Assembly (NCBI GenBank): GCA_038532285.1
Contig: JBCBAV010000002.1
Span: 2,679-66,678 of the forward strand
DNA from: Pseudomonadota bacterium
Lineage (GTDB): Bacteria; Pseudomonadota; Alphaproteobacteria; Rhodobacterales; Rhodobacteraceae
DNA: 64,000 nucleotides
Direction: 5' to 3'
Shown here: one piece after another, positions 18,592 to 26,954 of the stretch
Layout: the number at the start of each line of letters is the position of its first letter
How positions within the stretch are numbered: position 1 is the stretch's first letter
Made by a program: the position numbers and the translations under genes
Notes under the pieces: generated by a model
The model's input: the letters and a program-made list of their open reading frames with translations, nothing else
The model's database searches: none
Told to the model about the DNA's origin: nothing

Positions 18592-19190
18592 CACGGGCGG
18601 CCTTTCAGGCGCTCTATGATGCAGCGGGGCGGCTGGTGGCGGAGACCCCTGCCCTGCGCGATTTCGGGACGTGGCCCGCGATGCCTGCCTTTCGCAAGCG
18701 CAAGCCCACGGTCATCCCGGCGATACAGCTGATCACGGCGCGGCCCGATCCGCCGTTGTGTTCACCTGCGCAAAGTGCCTTTCTGGCGGCTTTGCGTGCC
18801 GCCGCCCCGTTTGCCCGGTGGTATCGCAGCTACACGCGCGCGCAGGTGGGGCGGGATTTTCTGGACCGCTATGGCTGGTTCGAACTGCTTGGCCCGTCGG
18901 GCCATTTCCGCAGCGACGCGGCGCGCGCCTATATCGCCTATTGGGGCGACGGGTTGGTGTACCCGGATCACGCGCACGCGGCGGAAGAGATCTACTATGT
19001 CGTGGCGGGCGGCGCAGATTTTGCCAGCGACGGGGTGCCGTCGGCGACGCTCGCCCCCGGAGACACGCGGCTGCACGGGGCGTGGCAGAGCCACGCGATG
19101 ACCACCACGACCAGCGATATCCTGACGCTGGTCCTGTGGCGGGGCGCGGGGCTGGCGGGCAAGCCGGTCATGCTGGAGGCGCGCCCGTGA
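18588..19190 (+). CDS. dddQ: DddQ-like cupin (annotated family: dimethylsulfoniopropionate lyase DddQ)
   Basis: 200 aa with GTG start in a GTGA overlap. RYGWFELLGPSGHF, YIAYWGDGLVYPDHAHAAEEIYYVVAGG and TRLHGAWQSHAM match my recollection of roseobacter DddQ, including the spacing of the H-x-H-x3-E-x-Y ... H metal ligands. Confidence 0.6.
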   Translation: MTRAAFQALYDAAGRLVAETPALRDFGTWPAMPAFRKRKPTVIPAIQLITARPDPPLCSPAQSAFLAALRAAAPFARWYRSYTRAQVGRDFLDRYGWFELLGPSGHFRSDAARAYIAYWGDGLVYPDHAHAAEEIYYVVAGGADFASDGVPSATLAPGDTRLHGAWQSHAMTTTTSDILTLVLWRGAGLAGKPVMLEARP

Positions 19191-20299
19191 AGATCACCCG
19201 CATCCGCATCTACCAGACCGGGCTGCCTTATGTGGGCGGGGCCTATGTCTGGGGCGCGGGCAATGCGATCGAGGTGGCACAGGCGAGCGTCGTGGTGATC
19301 GACACCGATGCGGGCCTGCAAGGCTGTGGTGAGTTCACGCCGTGCGGTGAGAATTACATGGTCGCCCATTCCGAGGGGGTCGCGGCGCTGGCGCGGCTGG
19401 TGGCCCCCAAGCTGATCGGGGCGGACCCGCGACAGGTGGGCATGATCGAGCAGATTTTGGACCACGCGGTGCAGGGCCACGGCTATGCCAAGGCGCCGTT
19501 TGATGCGGCGTGCTGGGACATTCTGGGCCAGGCGGTGGGCCAGCCGGTGTGGATGCTTCTGGGCGGCAAGCTGACCGATGGCGCGCCGATGTACCGGGTC
19601 GCGCCGCAGAAGGCGACCGATGAGACGCTGGCCGAAATGCAGCGCTATCGCGCGCAGGGTTACCGCCAGTTCCAGATCAAGGTGGGCGGCGATTGGCGCG
19701 GGGACATTGACCGCATTCATGCCGGTGTCGGCCTGTTGGAACGTGGTGAAAAGGCGATGGCGGATGCCAATCAGGGCTGGCGCGTGGATGACGCGATCCG
19801 GGTGGCGCGGGCGACCCGCGATCTGGATTACATCCTCGAACAGCCGTGCCGCACCTACGAGGAATGCCAGCAGGTGCGGCGGGTGGCCGAACAGCCGCTG
19901 AAGCTGGATGAGTGCCTGACCGGCATGGCCGCGGCGCAGCGCATCGTGGCGGACCGGGGGGCGGAGGTCTGTTGTCTGAAGCTGTCGAACCTCGGCGGGC
20001 TGACCAAGGCGCGGCGGGTGCGGGATTTTCTGGTGGAAAACCGCATTCCGGTGGTGGCGGAGGACACGTGGGGCGGTGAGATCACCACCGCCGCCGTGGC
20101 GCATTTTGCGGCCTCGACGCCCGCGGATTATCTGCAGAACACCACCGATCTGATGAACTACAACACCCGGTCGACCGGTATCGGCGGGCCCGAGGCGCGG
20201 GGTGGCAAGCTATACGCCAGTGATGCGCCCGGGTTGGGGGTTGCGCCGGATTTCGACAGCCTTGGCGCGCCGGTGGCAGCGTATGGAGGTGCGACATGA
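19187..20299 (+). CDS. Mandelate racemase/muconate lactonizing enzyme family protein (enolase superfamily), paralog 1
   Basis: Track ORF 18671..20299. The part upstream of 19187 overlaps dddQ in another frame, and the GTG at 19187 sits in a GTGA overlap. VKITRIRIY..., FQIKVGG, ADANQGW, LEQP, KLDE, CLKLSNLGG. Confidence 0.85.
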   Translation: MKITRIRIYQTGLPYVGGAYVWGAGNAIEVAQASVVVIDTDAGLQGCGEFTPCGENYMVAHSEGVAALARLVAPKLIGADPRQVGMIEQILDHAVQGHGYAKAPFDAACWDILGQAVGQPVWMLLGGKLTDGAPMYRVAPQKATDETLAEMQRYRAQGYRQFQIKVGGDWRGDIDRIHAGVGLLERGEKAMADANQGWRVDDAIRVARATRDLDYILEQPCRTYEECQQVRRVAEQPLKLDECLTGMAAAQRIVADRGAEVCCLKLSNLGGLTKARRVRDFLVENRIPVVAEDTWGGEITTAAVAHFAASTPADYLQNTTDLMNYNTRSTGIGGPEARGGKLYASDAPGLGVAPDFDSLGAPVAAYGGAT

Positions 20300-20700
20300 C
20301 ACCGGTTCCGACAGAGATTGCGGCGGTTTTCGATGCGGCCCCTGAGGCGGTGCGGGCGCGGCTTTATGGCCTGCGGGCCATGGCCTTTGCGGCGGCGGAG
20401 GCGACAGGCACTCTACCGCTGGAGGAAAGCCTGAAGTGGGGGCAGCCCGCGTTTCGCCCCAAGGCGCCGCGGACGGGAACGACCCTGCGGCTGGGCTGGC
20501 GGGCGGAGGCCTGCACGCTGTTTGTGCCGTGCCAGACGGATTTGCTGGACCAGTATCGGGCGCGGTTTGCCGGCCTCTTTGCCTTTGACGGCGACCGGGC
20601 GGTGCATGTGCCCGTGGCCCCCGGCCCGGACGAGGCAGCACTCCAGCAGATGATGGCCATGGCGCTGACCTATCACCGCGACAAGAGGGGCCGCGCATGA
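20296..20700 (+). CDS. DUF1801 (YdhG-like) domain protein
   Basis: 134 aa with ATGA overlaps at both ends. LKWGQPAF... segment typical of DUF1801. Confidence 0.5.
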   Translation: MTPVPTEIAAVFDAAPEAVRARLYGLRAMAFAAAEATGTLPLEESLKWGQPAFRPKAPRTGTTLRLGWRAEACTLFVPCQTDLLDQYRARFAGLFAFDGDRAVHVPVAPGPDEAALQQMMAMALTYHRDKRGRA

Positions 20701-21803
20701 AGATCACGGGGCTGACCGTCTACCAGGTCGATCTGCCGCTGGAGCATCCCTATTGGCTGTCGGGCGGGCGGCTGAAATTCGAATGTCTTGATGCGACGCT
20801 GGTGAAGCTGGAGACCGATGCCGGGATCACCGGCTGGGGTGAAGGCACGCCGTGGGGGCACACCTATGTGCCGGCGCATGGGCCGGGGATACGTGCGGGG
20901 ATCGAGACGATGGCGGGCTTTGTCCTCGGACTTGATCCGCGGCGTGTACTGGAGGTCGAGCGGGCGATGGACACCGCCCTGCCCGGTCACCTGTATGCCA
21001 AGAGCCCGATCGACATGGCGTGCTGGGACATTGCGGGGCAGGACGCGGGCCTGCCTATTGCCGACCTGATGGGCGGTGGGTCACGCACGCCGCGGCCCAT
21101 TGCGTCGTCAGTGGGCGCCAAGACGGTAGAAGAGACGCGCGAGGTGATCGCGCGGCACCGCGCGCGCGGCTACATCGCGCATTCGGTCAAGATCGGCGGC
21201 GACGTGGCCCTTGACATCGCCCGCATCCGCGATGTGGAGGCGTTGCGCGCGCCGGGTGACATCATGCTTTATGACGTGAACCGCGGCTGGACGCGGCAGC
21301 AGGCGTTGCGGGTGATGCGGGCGGTCGAGGATCTGCAAGTGATCGTGGAACAGCCCTGCGAGACGCTGGATGACATTGCCGCCATCGCCCCGCGCCACGC
21401 GACCCCGGTGTCGGTGGACGAAACCCTCGTCACCCTGCAGGACGCCACGCGCATCGCGCGCGATGGGCTGGCCGAGGTGTTCGGCATCAAGCTGAACCGC
21501 GTGGGCGGGCTGACCAAGGCGGCGCGGATGCGGGACGTCGCACTCGCCCACGGCATCGACATGTTCGTGATGGCCACCGGCGGCAGCGTGCTGGCCGACG
21601 CTGAGGCGCTGCATCTGGCGGCGACCATTCCCGATGCCCATTGCCACGCCGTGTGGGCCTGTCAGGACATGCTGACCGCGGACATCGCGGGCGGGCGTGG
21701 GCCGCGCAACATCGCGGGCCACCTGCACCTGCCCGAGGCACCGGGCCTGGGCGTGCACCCGGACGAAGACGCGCTTGGCGCACCAGTGGCGGCGTATAGA
21801 TGA
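20697..21803 (+). CDS. Mandelate racemase/muconate lactonizing enzyme family protein, paralog 2
   Basis: 368 aa. MKITGLTVYQVDLPL..., HSVKIGG, YDVNRGW, VEQP, SVDE, GIKLNRVGG. Confidence 0.85.
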   Translation: MKITGLTVYQVDLPLEHPYWLSGGRLKFECLDATLVKLETDAGITGWGEGTPWGHTYVPAHGPGIRAGIETMAGFVLGLDPRRVLEVERAMDTALPGHLYAKSPIDMACWDIAGQDAGLPIADLMGGGSRTPRPIASSVGAKTVEETREVIARHRARGYIAHSVKIGGDVALDIARIRDVEALRAPGDIMLYDVNRGWTRQQALRVMRAVEDLQVIVEQPCETLDDIAAIAPRHATPVSVDETLVTLQDATRIARDGLAEVFGIKLNRVGGLTKAARMRDVALAHGIDMFVMATGGSVLADAEALHLAATIPDAHCHAVWACQDMLTADIAGGRGPRNIAGHLHLPEAPGLGVHPDEDALGAPVAAYR

Positions 21804-22903
21804 AGATCAACAAGCTCACCCTATGGTCCGTGGACCTGACCAGCCACGCCACCTACTACATGGCCGAGGGCAAGACCTGTGCCACCGTGACCACGCATAT
21901 CCTGCGGCTCGACACCGATACCGGCCTGAGTGGCTGGGGCGAGGTGTGCCCGATCCCGCATTACCTGCCGGATTTCGCGGGCGGTATCCCGGCAGCAGTG
22001 ACCGAGATGGCGCCGCAGATCCTTGGGGTGAGCCCGTTGGGGGTGGACGCGCCGATGCGCAAGCTGGACGGGTTCCTGATCGGGCACCGGGCGGCGAAAT
22101 CGCTGGTGGACATGGCGCTGTGGGATCTGTTTGGCCGCGCGGTGGACCTGCCGCTTTATGCGCTGCTGGGCGGGCGGACGCGGGCGGACATGCCGCTCTA
22201 TCATTCCATCACCTGCGTTGATCCGGACGAGATGGCGCGCATGGCGCGGGAGGCCTATGGCACCGGCATCCGGCAGTTTCAGGCCAAGCTGGGGGCGGAT
22301 GCCAGCTGGGAAGCCGATGCCGCGCGCCTGATCAAGGTACGCGAGGCGGTGGGGCACGGCCCGCTGGTCTATGGCGACTGGAATTGCGGCGCGACCAAGC
22401 TGCAGGCAACGCGCACGGGGCGCGCGGTCGCGCATCTCGACATCATGCTCGAACAGCCCTGCAAGACGCTGGAGGATTGCGCGGCGGTGCGTGCCGCCAC
22501 CGGCCTGCCGATGAAGATCGACGAATGCGCGCATGATCTGGCCAGCCTGCAACAGGCGCGCGATCTGGGGTGTCTGGATGCCGTCGCCCTCAAACTGTCG
22601 AAATTTGGCGGTCTGTCGGCGATGTGCCGGGCGCGCGACCTGACGGTGCATCTGGGTGCGGAGATTTGCGCCGAATGCACGTGGGGGTCGGACATCGTGA
22701 CCGCCGCCAGCCTGCACTTTGCCGCCTCCACCCCGCAGGGCAGCCTGCTGAACACCTGCGACCTGTCGGGCTATGTCGGCCCGCGCGTGGCCCCCGATTG
22801 CCCCACCCGCCAAAACGGGCGCATTGCCCCACCCGAAGGTCCGGGCCTGGGCATCACACCGGATGCAGATGTCCTTGGCCCTGCCCTTCTCGAAATAGAT
22901 TAG
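21800..22903 (+). CDS. Mandelate racemase/muconate lactonizing enzyme family protein, paralog 3
   Basis: 367 aa. MKINKLTLWSVDL..., FQAKLGA, GDWNCG, LEQP, KIDE, ALKLSKFGG. Confidence 0.85.
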   Translation: MKINKLTLWSVDLTSHATYYMAEGKTCATVTTHILRLDTDTGLSGWGEVCPIPHYLPDFAGGIPAAVTEMAPQILGVSPLGVDAPMRKLDGFLIGHRAAKSLVDMALWDLFGRAVDLPLYALLGGRTRADMPLYHSITCVDPDEMARMAREAYGTGIRQFQAKLGADASWEADAARLIKVREAVGHGPLVYGDWNCGATKLQATRTGRAVAHLDIMLEQPCKTLEDCAAVRAATGLPMKIDECAHDLASLQQARDLGCLDAVALKLSKFGGLSAMCRARDLTVHLGAEICAECTWGSDIVTAASLHFAASTPQGSLLNTCDLSGYVGPRVAPDCPTRQNGRIAPPEGPGLGITPDADVLGPALLEID

Positions 22904-22904
22904 A

Positions 22905-22943
22905 CTTCACTTTGCCAGATAAACCGCCGCCGGAGGCTCCCCC
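22905..22943 (-). repeat. Dispersed intergenic repeat, copy D (inverted); supplies the Shine-Dalgarno of the next gene
   Basis: The reverse complement ggagcctccggcggcggtttatctggcaaagtgaag matches the core of copies A-C with 2 mismatches to C. The GGAGG at 22932-22936, 7 nt before the ATG at 22944, lies inside the element. Confidence 0.75.
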
Positions 22944-24215
22944 ATGAACAGAATGCACACACAGTCGGACTGGATCGCGCGGGCGCAAGAGGTGCTGCCT
23001 GCCGCGGGCTTTGGCAATTTCGATCCCGGCATCATCATCGCGCGGGGCGAAGGATCCCGCGTCTGGGACGCGGACGGCGCGGAATATGTCGATTACCTGA
23101 TCGGCTCGGGCCCGATGCTGCTGGGCCATGGGCATCCGGAGGTGATGGAGGCGGTGCTGGAACAGTTGCCGCGCGGCATGACGTTTTTTGCCAACAACGC
23201 CAAGGGTATCGAACTGGCCGAGGCGATCTGCGACGCGGTGCCGTGTTGCGAACAGGTGCGCTTTGTCGCCTCGGGCGGTGAAGCGGACATGTACGCCATG
23301 CGGCTGGCGCGCGCCTATACCGGGCGCGATAAAATCCTGAAGTTCGAGGGCGGCTATCACGGGATGTGTGCCGAGGCGCAGATGAGCCTTGCGCCCGCGC
23401 GGCGGGTGAATTTTCCGCAGGCGGTGCCGGACAGCGCGGGCATCCCGCAGGCGGTGGCCGACCAGATGCTGATCGCGCCGTTCAACGATCTGGAGGCCGT
23501 GGCGGCCCTGCTGGCCGAACACGACGATATCGCCGCCATCATCGCCGAGCCGTTGCAGCGGATCATCCCGGCAGAGCCGGGGTTCCTGCAGGGGCTGCGC
23601 GATCTGTGTGATCGGCACAGGGTGCTGTTGATCTTTGACGAGATCGTCACCGGGTTTCGGCTGGCCTATGGCGGGGCGCAGGAACGCTATGGCGTCACCC
23701 CGGACATCTGCACGCTGGGCAAGATCATCGGCGGGGGTTTTCCGCTGGCGGCCCTTGGGGCCAGTGCCGAGATCATGGCGCATTTCGACAAGGGGCGCGT
23801 GGGCGCGGACAAGTGGCTGATGCAGCTCGGGACGCTGTCGGGCAATCCAGTGGCGTCTGTTGCGGGGCTGAAGACGATGGAGGTGCTGGCGCGCGACGGG
23901 GCTTATGACCGGCTGCGCGACATTGGCGGGACCTTGCAAGGCATGCTGCGCGACGCGCTGGGGTACGCGGGCATTGCGCACCAGATCGTGGGCGATGAGA
24001 CGTTGTTTGACGTCTATTTCACCGACACCCCCTGCCGCGATTACCGCAGTGCCGCCCATGACGATCCGCAGCGCAACGTGACGTTCAACGCTGTGCTGCG
24101 GCAGCACGGCGTGTTCAAATCGCCGGGCAAGCTGTATCCGTCGCTGGCGATCACCGAGGATGATCTGGCGCTGACGCGGGATGCGATCCGCGCGGCGGTG
24201 CAGGCGATCTGCTGA
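22944..24215 (+). CDS. Class III (PLP) aminotransferase, glutamate-1-semialdehyde aminomutase-like
   Basis: 423 aa. ASGGEADMYAMRLAR, FDEIVTGFR, TLGKIIGGGFP (PLP lysine). Confidence 0.85.
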   Translation: MNRMHTQSDWIARAQEVLPAAGFGNFDPGIIIARGEGSRVWDADGAEYVDYLIGSGPMLLGHGHPEVMEAVLEQLPRGMTFFANNAKGIELAEAICDAVPCCEQVRFVASGGEADMYAMRLARAYTGRDKILKFEGGYHGMCAEAQMSLAPARRVNFPQAVPDSAGIPQAVADQMLIAPFNDLEAVAALLAEHDDIAAIIAEPLQRIIPAEPGFLQGLRDLCDRHRVLLIFDEIVTGFRLAYGGAQERYGVTPDICTLGKIIGGGFPLAALGASAEIMAHFDKGRVGADKWLMQLGTLSGNPVASVAGLKTMEVLARDGAYDRLRDIGGTLQGMLRDALGYAGIAHQIVGDETLFDVYFTDTPCRDYRSAAHDDPQRNVTFNAVLRQHGVFKSPGKLYPSLAITEDDLALTRDAIRAAVQAIC

Positions 24216-24221
24216 GCCGCG

Positions 24222-24872
24222 CTAGCCTGCGGCAGCGGCTTCGGCGGCGGTGCCGTAGCGGGGCAGATCGTGTTCCGTCTTGCCGTGGGCGGACATCAGC
24301 GTGTCGCGGACATAGGCGATGTGTGCCGTTTCCTCGATGATCTCGGCGAGATATTGCGCCTTCATCAGAGTGGGGCCGACGCCGATGGTGCCGTGATTGG
24401 CAAGCACGGCGGCGCGGATGTTGGGGTCGCGGAAGACGGGGCTGATCTCCACATCGGTTTGCGGGCCACCCTGGGCCGACAGCGGGATCAGCGGCATGCG
24501 CCCGATCTTTTCGATGGTTTGCACGGTGAGGCACGGGATTTCGAGCCCCGCGCTGGCATAGCCCGTGGCCCAAGGGCTGTGGCAGTGCACCACCGCGCGG
24601 ATGTCAGGGCGGATGCGGTAGAGGTCGAGGTGAAAGTCGAGATCCTTGGATGGCTTGTAATCGCTGGGTTCGATCGTGCCGTCGAGGTGGACCACCTGCA
24701 GGTTCTCGCGGGTGCATTCGTTGAAGCCCACGCCCGAGGGTTTGATCACGATGGCGTCGCGGTCGTCGAGGCGCACCGAGAGGTTGCCGCCCGCGTTGGT
24801 CTGCAGGCGCAGGTCAAAGCAGCGTTTGGCGGTGGCGATCAGGGCGTCTTTCTTGGCGATGAGGTCGGTCAT
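24222..24872 (-). CDS. Class II aldolase/adducin family protein
   Basis: 216 aa. NAGGNLSVR, IKPSG, VVHCHSPW, LANHGTIGVG. Confidence 0.8.
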   Translation of the reverse strand: MTDLIAKKDALIATAKRCFDLRLQTNAGGNLSVRLDDRDAIVIKPSGVGFNECTRENLQVVHLDGTIEPSDYKPSKDLDFHLDLYRIRPDIRAVVHCHSPWATGYASAGLEIPCLTVQTIEKIGRMPLIPLSAQGGPQTDVEISPVFRDPNIRAAVLANHGTIGVGPTLMKAQYLAEIIEETAHIAYVRDTLMSAHGKTEHDLPRYGTAAEAAAAG

Positions 24873-26020
24873 ATCGCTCCTGCGGGTTTGAGGTCGTGGA
24901 GGGCATCGATGATGGCGGTGGTGATCGCCGGGTCGCAGATGTGGTCCTGCGTTACGGTGATCCGGATGTCGGGCGAGAGGTGCTCTTGCATCGTGTCGCG
25001 GAAGACGTGGCGCAGTTCTGGGTCTTCGATGGCGCCGCCCGGGCGGTCCTGATGGGAAAAGCCGCCCATGGGCACGATGACGTGGACAGGGCCGGTGTGG
25101 GCATTGAGCGATGTGGCCAGTTCGCGGGCCACGCGGGCCATTTCGGGAGCGGACAGTTTCACGTGGGTGAAAAAGCCGGAATGGGCGTATTGGGGCCGGG
25201 ATTTATAGCGGTCGGGCAGCGATGCCTGTTCGCCCAGACCGATGAAGTTGAGCGCACCCGGCAGCACCACGCGGGGCAGATCGCCGCCCGCGCTGAACCG
25301 GTCGGGCATGTCGACGTGGACGCCTGCCACGTGCAGGCGGGTCATCTCGTGCGGGGCGAGATCGACAAGCGCGTGAAAGGCGCCGCGCTGGATGAACCGG
25401 GTGAAGGCGGCACCGCCATAGCCGTTGGAGTGGAAGACGGTGGTTTCCTCGCCCTGTGCGCGCAGGGCCGAGATCAGCGACGCCACCGCCCCTTCGGTGG
25501 CACCGAGTGCGGTGATCCCAACGGACGTGTCATCGACGCAGGCGCCCGAGGTGCGGCGGGTGGCGCAGAGGCCCGCGGTGAGGGCTGCGGCGTTTTCCAG
25601 AAGCTCGCGCAGGGTGGCGTTGAGGCCGCAGATATCGGCGAGCGTGGGCACGATCACGATGGAGCTGTCTGCGGCGGCAATGCGCGGATCGAAGGGCAGC
25701 GTGCTGAGCAGGACCTTGGGGTACGTGATCGGCAGCGCGCGCAGGACGCGCAAGGCAATCTCGCCCCCGGTGCCGCCGCCGATGGCCAGCACGGCGTTGA
25801 TGTCGTCGCACATGGCGCCCGCCACGGCACTGGTGGCGCGGGCAACGGCGGTGTCCATCGCCTGCAGCTTTTCCGCGCCGCCCAGCACGGTGGTGGCATT
25901 GAGCGACAGGTCGATCACCTGCGCGTCGACCCCGTGGAACGCGAGCCGGTCGGTGAGGTATGCGGTTTCCTCGGCCTTGGTCTGCAAGGTCACCAGAAGC
26001 AGAACCCGCGACGTGGTCAT
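24869..26020 (-). CDS. Tm-1-like ATP-binding (UPF0261) family protein
   Basis: 383 aa. The N-terminus VLLLVTLQTKAEETAYL and overall size resemble UPF0261/Tm-1-like proteins. This call is from memory of the family only. Confidence 0.5.
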   Translation of the reverse strand: MTTSRVLLLVTLQTKAEETAYLTDRLAFHGVDAQVIDLSLNATTVLGGAEKLQAMDTAVARATSAVAGAMCDDINAVLAIGGGTGGEIALRVLRALPITYPKVLLSTLPFDPRIAAADSSIVIVPTLADICGLNATLRELLENAAALTAGLCATRRTSGACVDDTSVGITALGATEGAVASLISALRAQGEETTVFHSNGYGGAAFTRFIQRGAFHALVDLAPHEMTRLHVAGVHVDMPDRFSAGGDLPRVVLPGALNFIGLGEQASLPDRYKSRPQYAHSGFFTHVKLSAPEMARVARELATSLNAHTGPVHVIVPMGGFSHQDRPGGAIEDPELRHVFRDTMQEHLSPDIRITVTQDHICDPAITTAIIDALHDLKPAGAI

Positions 26021-26023
26021 GGC

Positions 26024-26953
26024 CTAGCCCTTTACTGCCCCAGCGGTCATGCCGGTGATGATCTGGCGCGAGGCGAACAGTGTAAAGATGATCGGCGGGA
26101 TGGCGAGCAGCATGCCGGTGGCCATGATCACCCCCCATTCGACGTTAAACTCGGACATGTTGTTGACGATCAGGATCGGCACCGTCTTTGTGTTGCGGTC
26201 CGAGAGCGCCGAGGCGAGCAGATATTCGTTCCACGCGATGCGGAAGGTGAAGATCGCCGCCGCGGCAAGGCCCGGTTTGATCAGGGGCAGCACGATCTTG
26301 AAGAACACCTGAAACGGCCCTGCCCCGTCGACGCGCGCGGCCTCTTCCAAGGATCGCGGGACCTGCACGATGAAGCTTTGCAGGATCCAGATCACGAAAG
26401 GCAGATTCATCGCCACGTAGATCAGGATAATGCCCGAATGCGTGCCAGCCAGGCACACGTCCCCGCGCCCGCCAAAGGTGTCGCGGATCGCCCCGCCGAT
26501 CAGCCCGTCGCGGTCGAGGCAAAATTCGTTGTTCCACAGGCCAAAGACCGGCACGAGCAGCACCGCAGGTGGCACCATCCGCACCATCAGCGTGGTCAGC
26601 GACACGGTATCGCGGCCCATGAACCGAAAGCGCACCAGCGCATAGGCGGCCATGGTGCCGATCACCAGTGTGAGCACGGTCGAGACCAGCGCGATGATCA
26701 GCGAATTGATGAAGGCGCCGCCGAACTTGAGCGCGCAGAAATCCAGATGCTCGGGTTCGTACCAGAGGATGTCGCAGAGCGCTGTTTCGTAGTTCTGGAT
26801 CGTGGGCAGGAAGATCAGCCCGGAGGTGCCCGAGATGATGTCCACGTCCAGTTTGAACGAGTTGGCGAACATCAGCACGATCGGCCCCACGGCCATGACG
26901 ATCAGGGCCGCGAGCAGCGCGTAGAAGGCGGGGTTCTGGCGTTGGTATTCCAT
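26024..26953 (-). CDS. Carbohydrate-type ABC transporter permease (MalG-like)
   Basis: 309 aa membrane protein. EAA loop EEAARVDGAGPFQVFFKIVLPL. Confidence 0.85.
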   Translation of the reverse strand: MEYQRQNPAFYALLAALIVMAVGPIVLMFANSFKLDVDIISGTSGLIFLPTIQNYETALCDILWYEPEHLDFCALKFGGAFINSLIIALVSTVLTLVIGTMAAYALVRFRFMGRDTVSLTTLMVRMVPPAVLLVPVFGLWNNEFCLDRDGLIGGAIRDTFGGRGDVCLAGTHSGIILIYVAMNLPFVIWILQSFIVQVPRSLEEAARVDGAGPFQVFFKIVLPLIKPGLAAAAIFTFRIAWNEYLLASALSDRNTKTVPILIVNNMSEFNVEWGVIMATGMLLAIPPIIFTLFASRQIITGMTAGAVKG

Positions 26954-26954
26954 C

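Noticed and set aside
18671-19186. Upstream 172 codons of track ORF 18671..20299
   Set aside because: This part overlaps the DddQ-like gene in another frame and is Arg/Gly-rich. The MR/MLE domain begins exactly at the GTG at 19187 (VKITRIRIY), which forms a GTGA junction with the dddQ stop.
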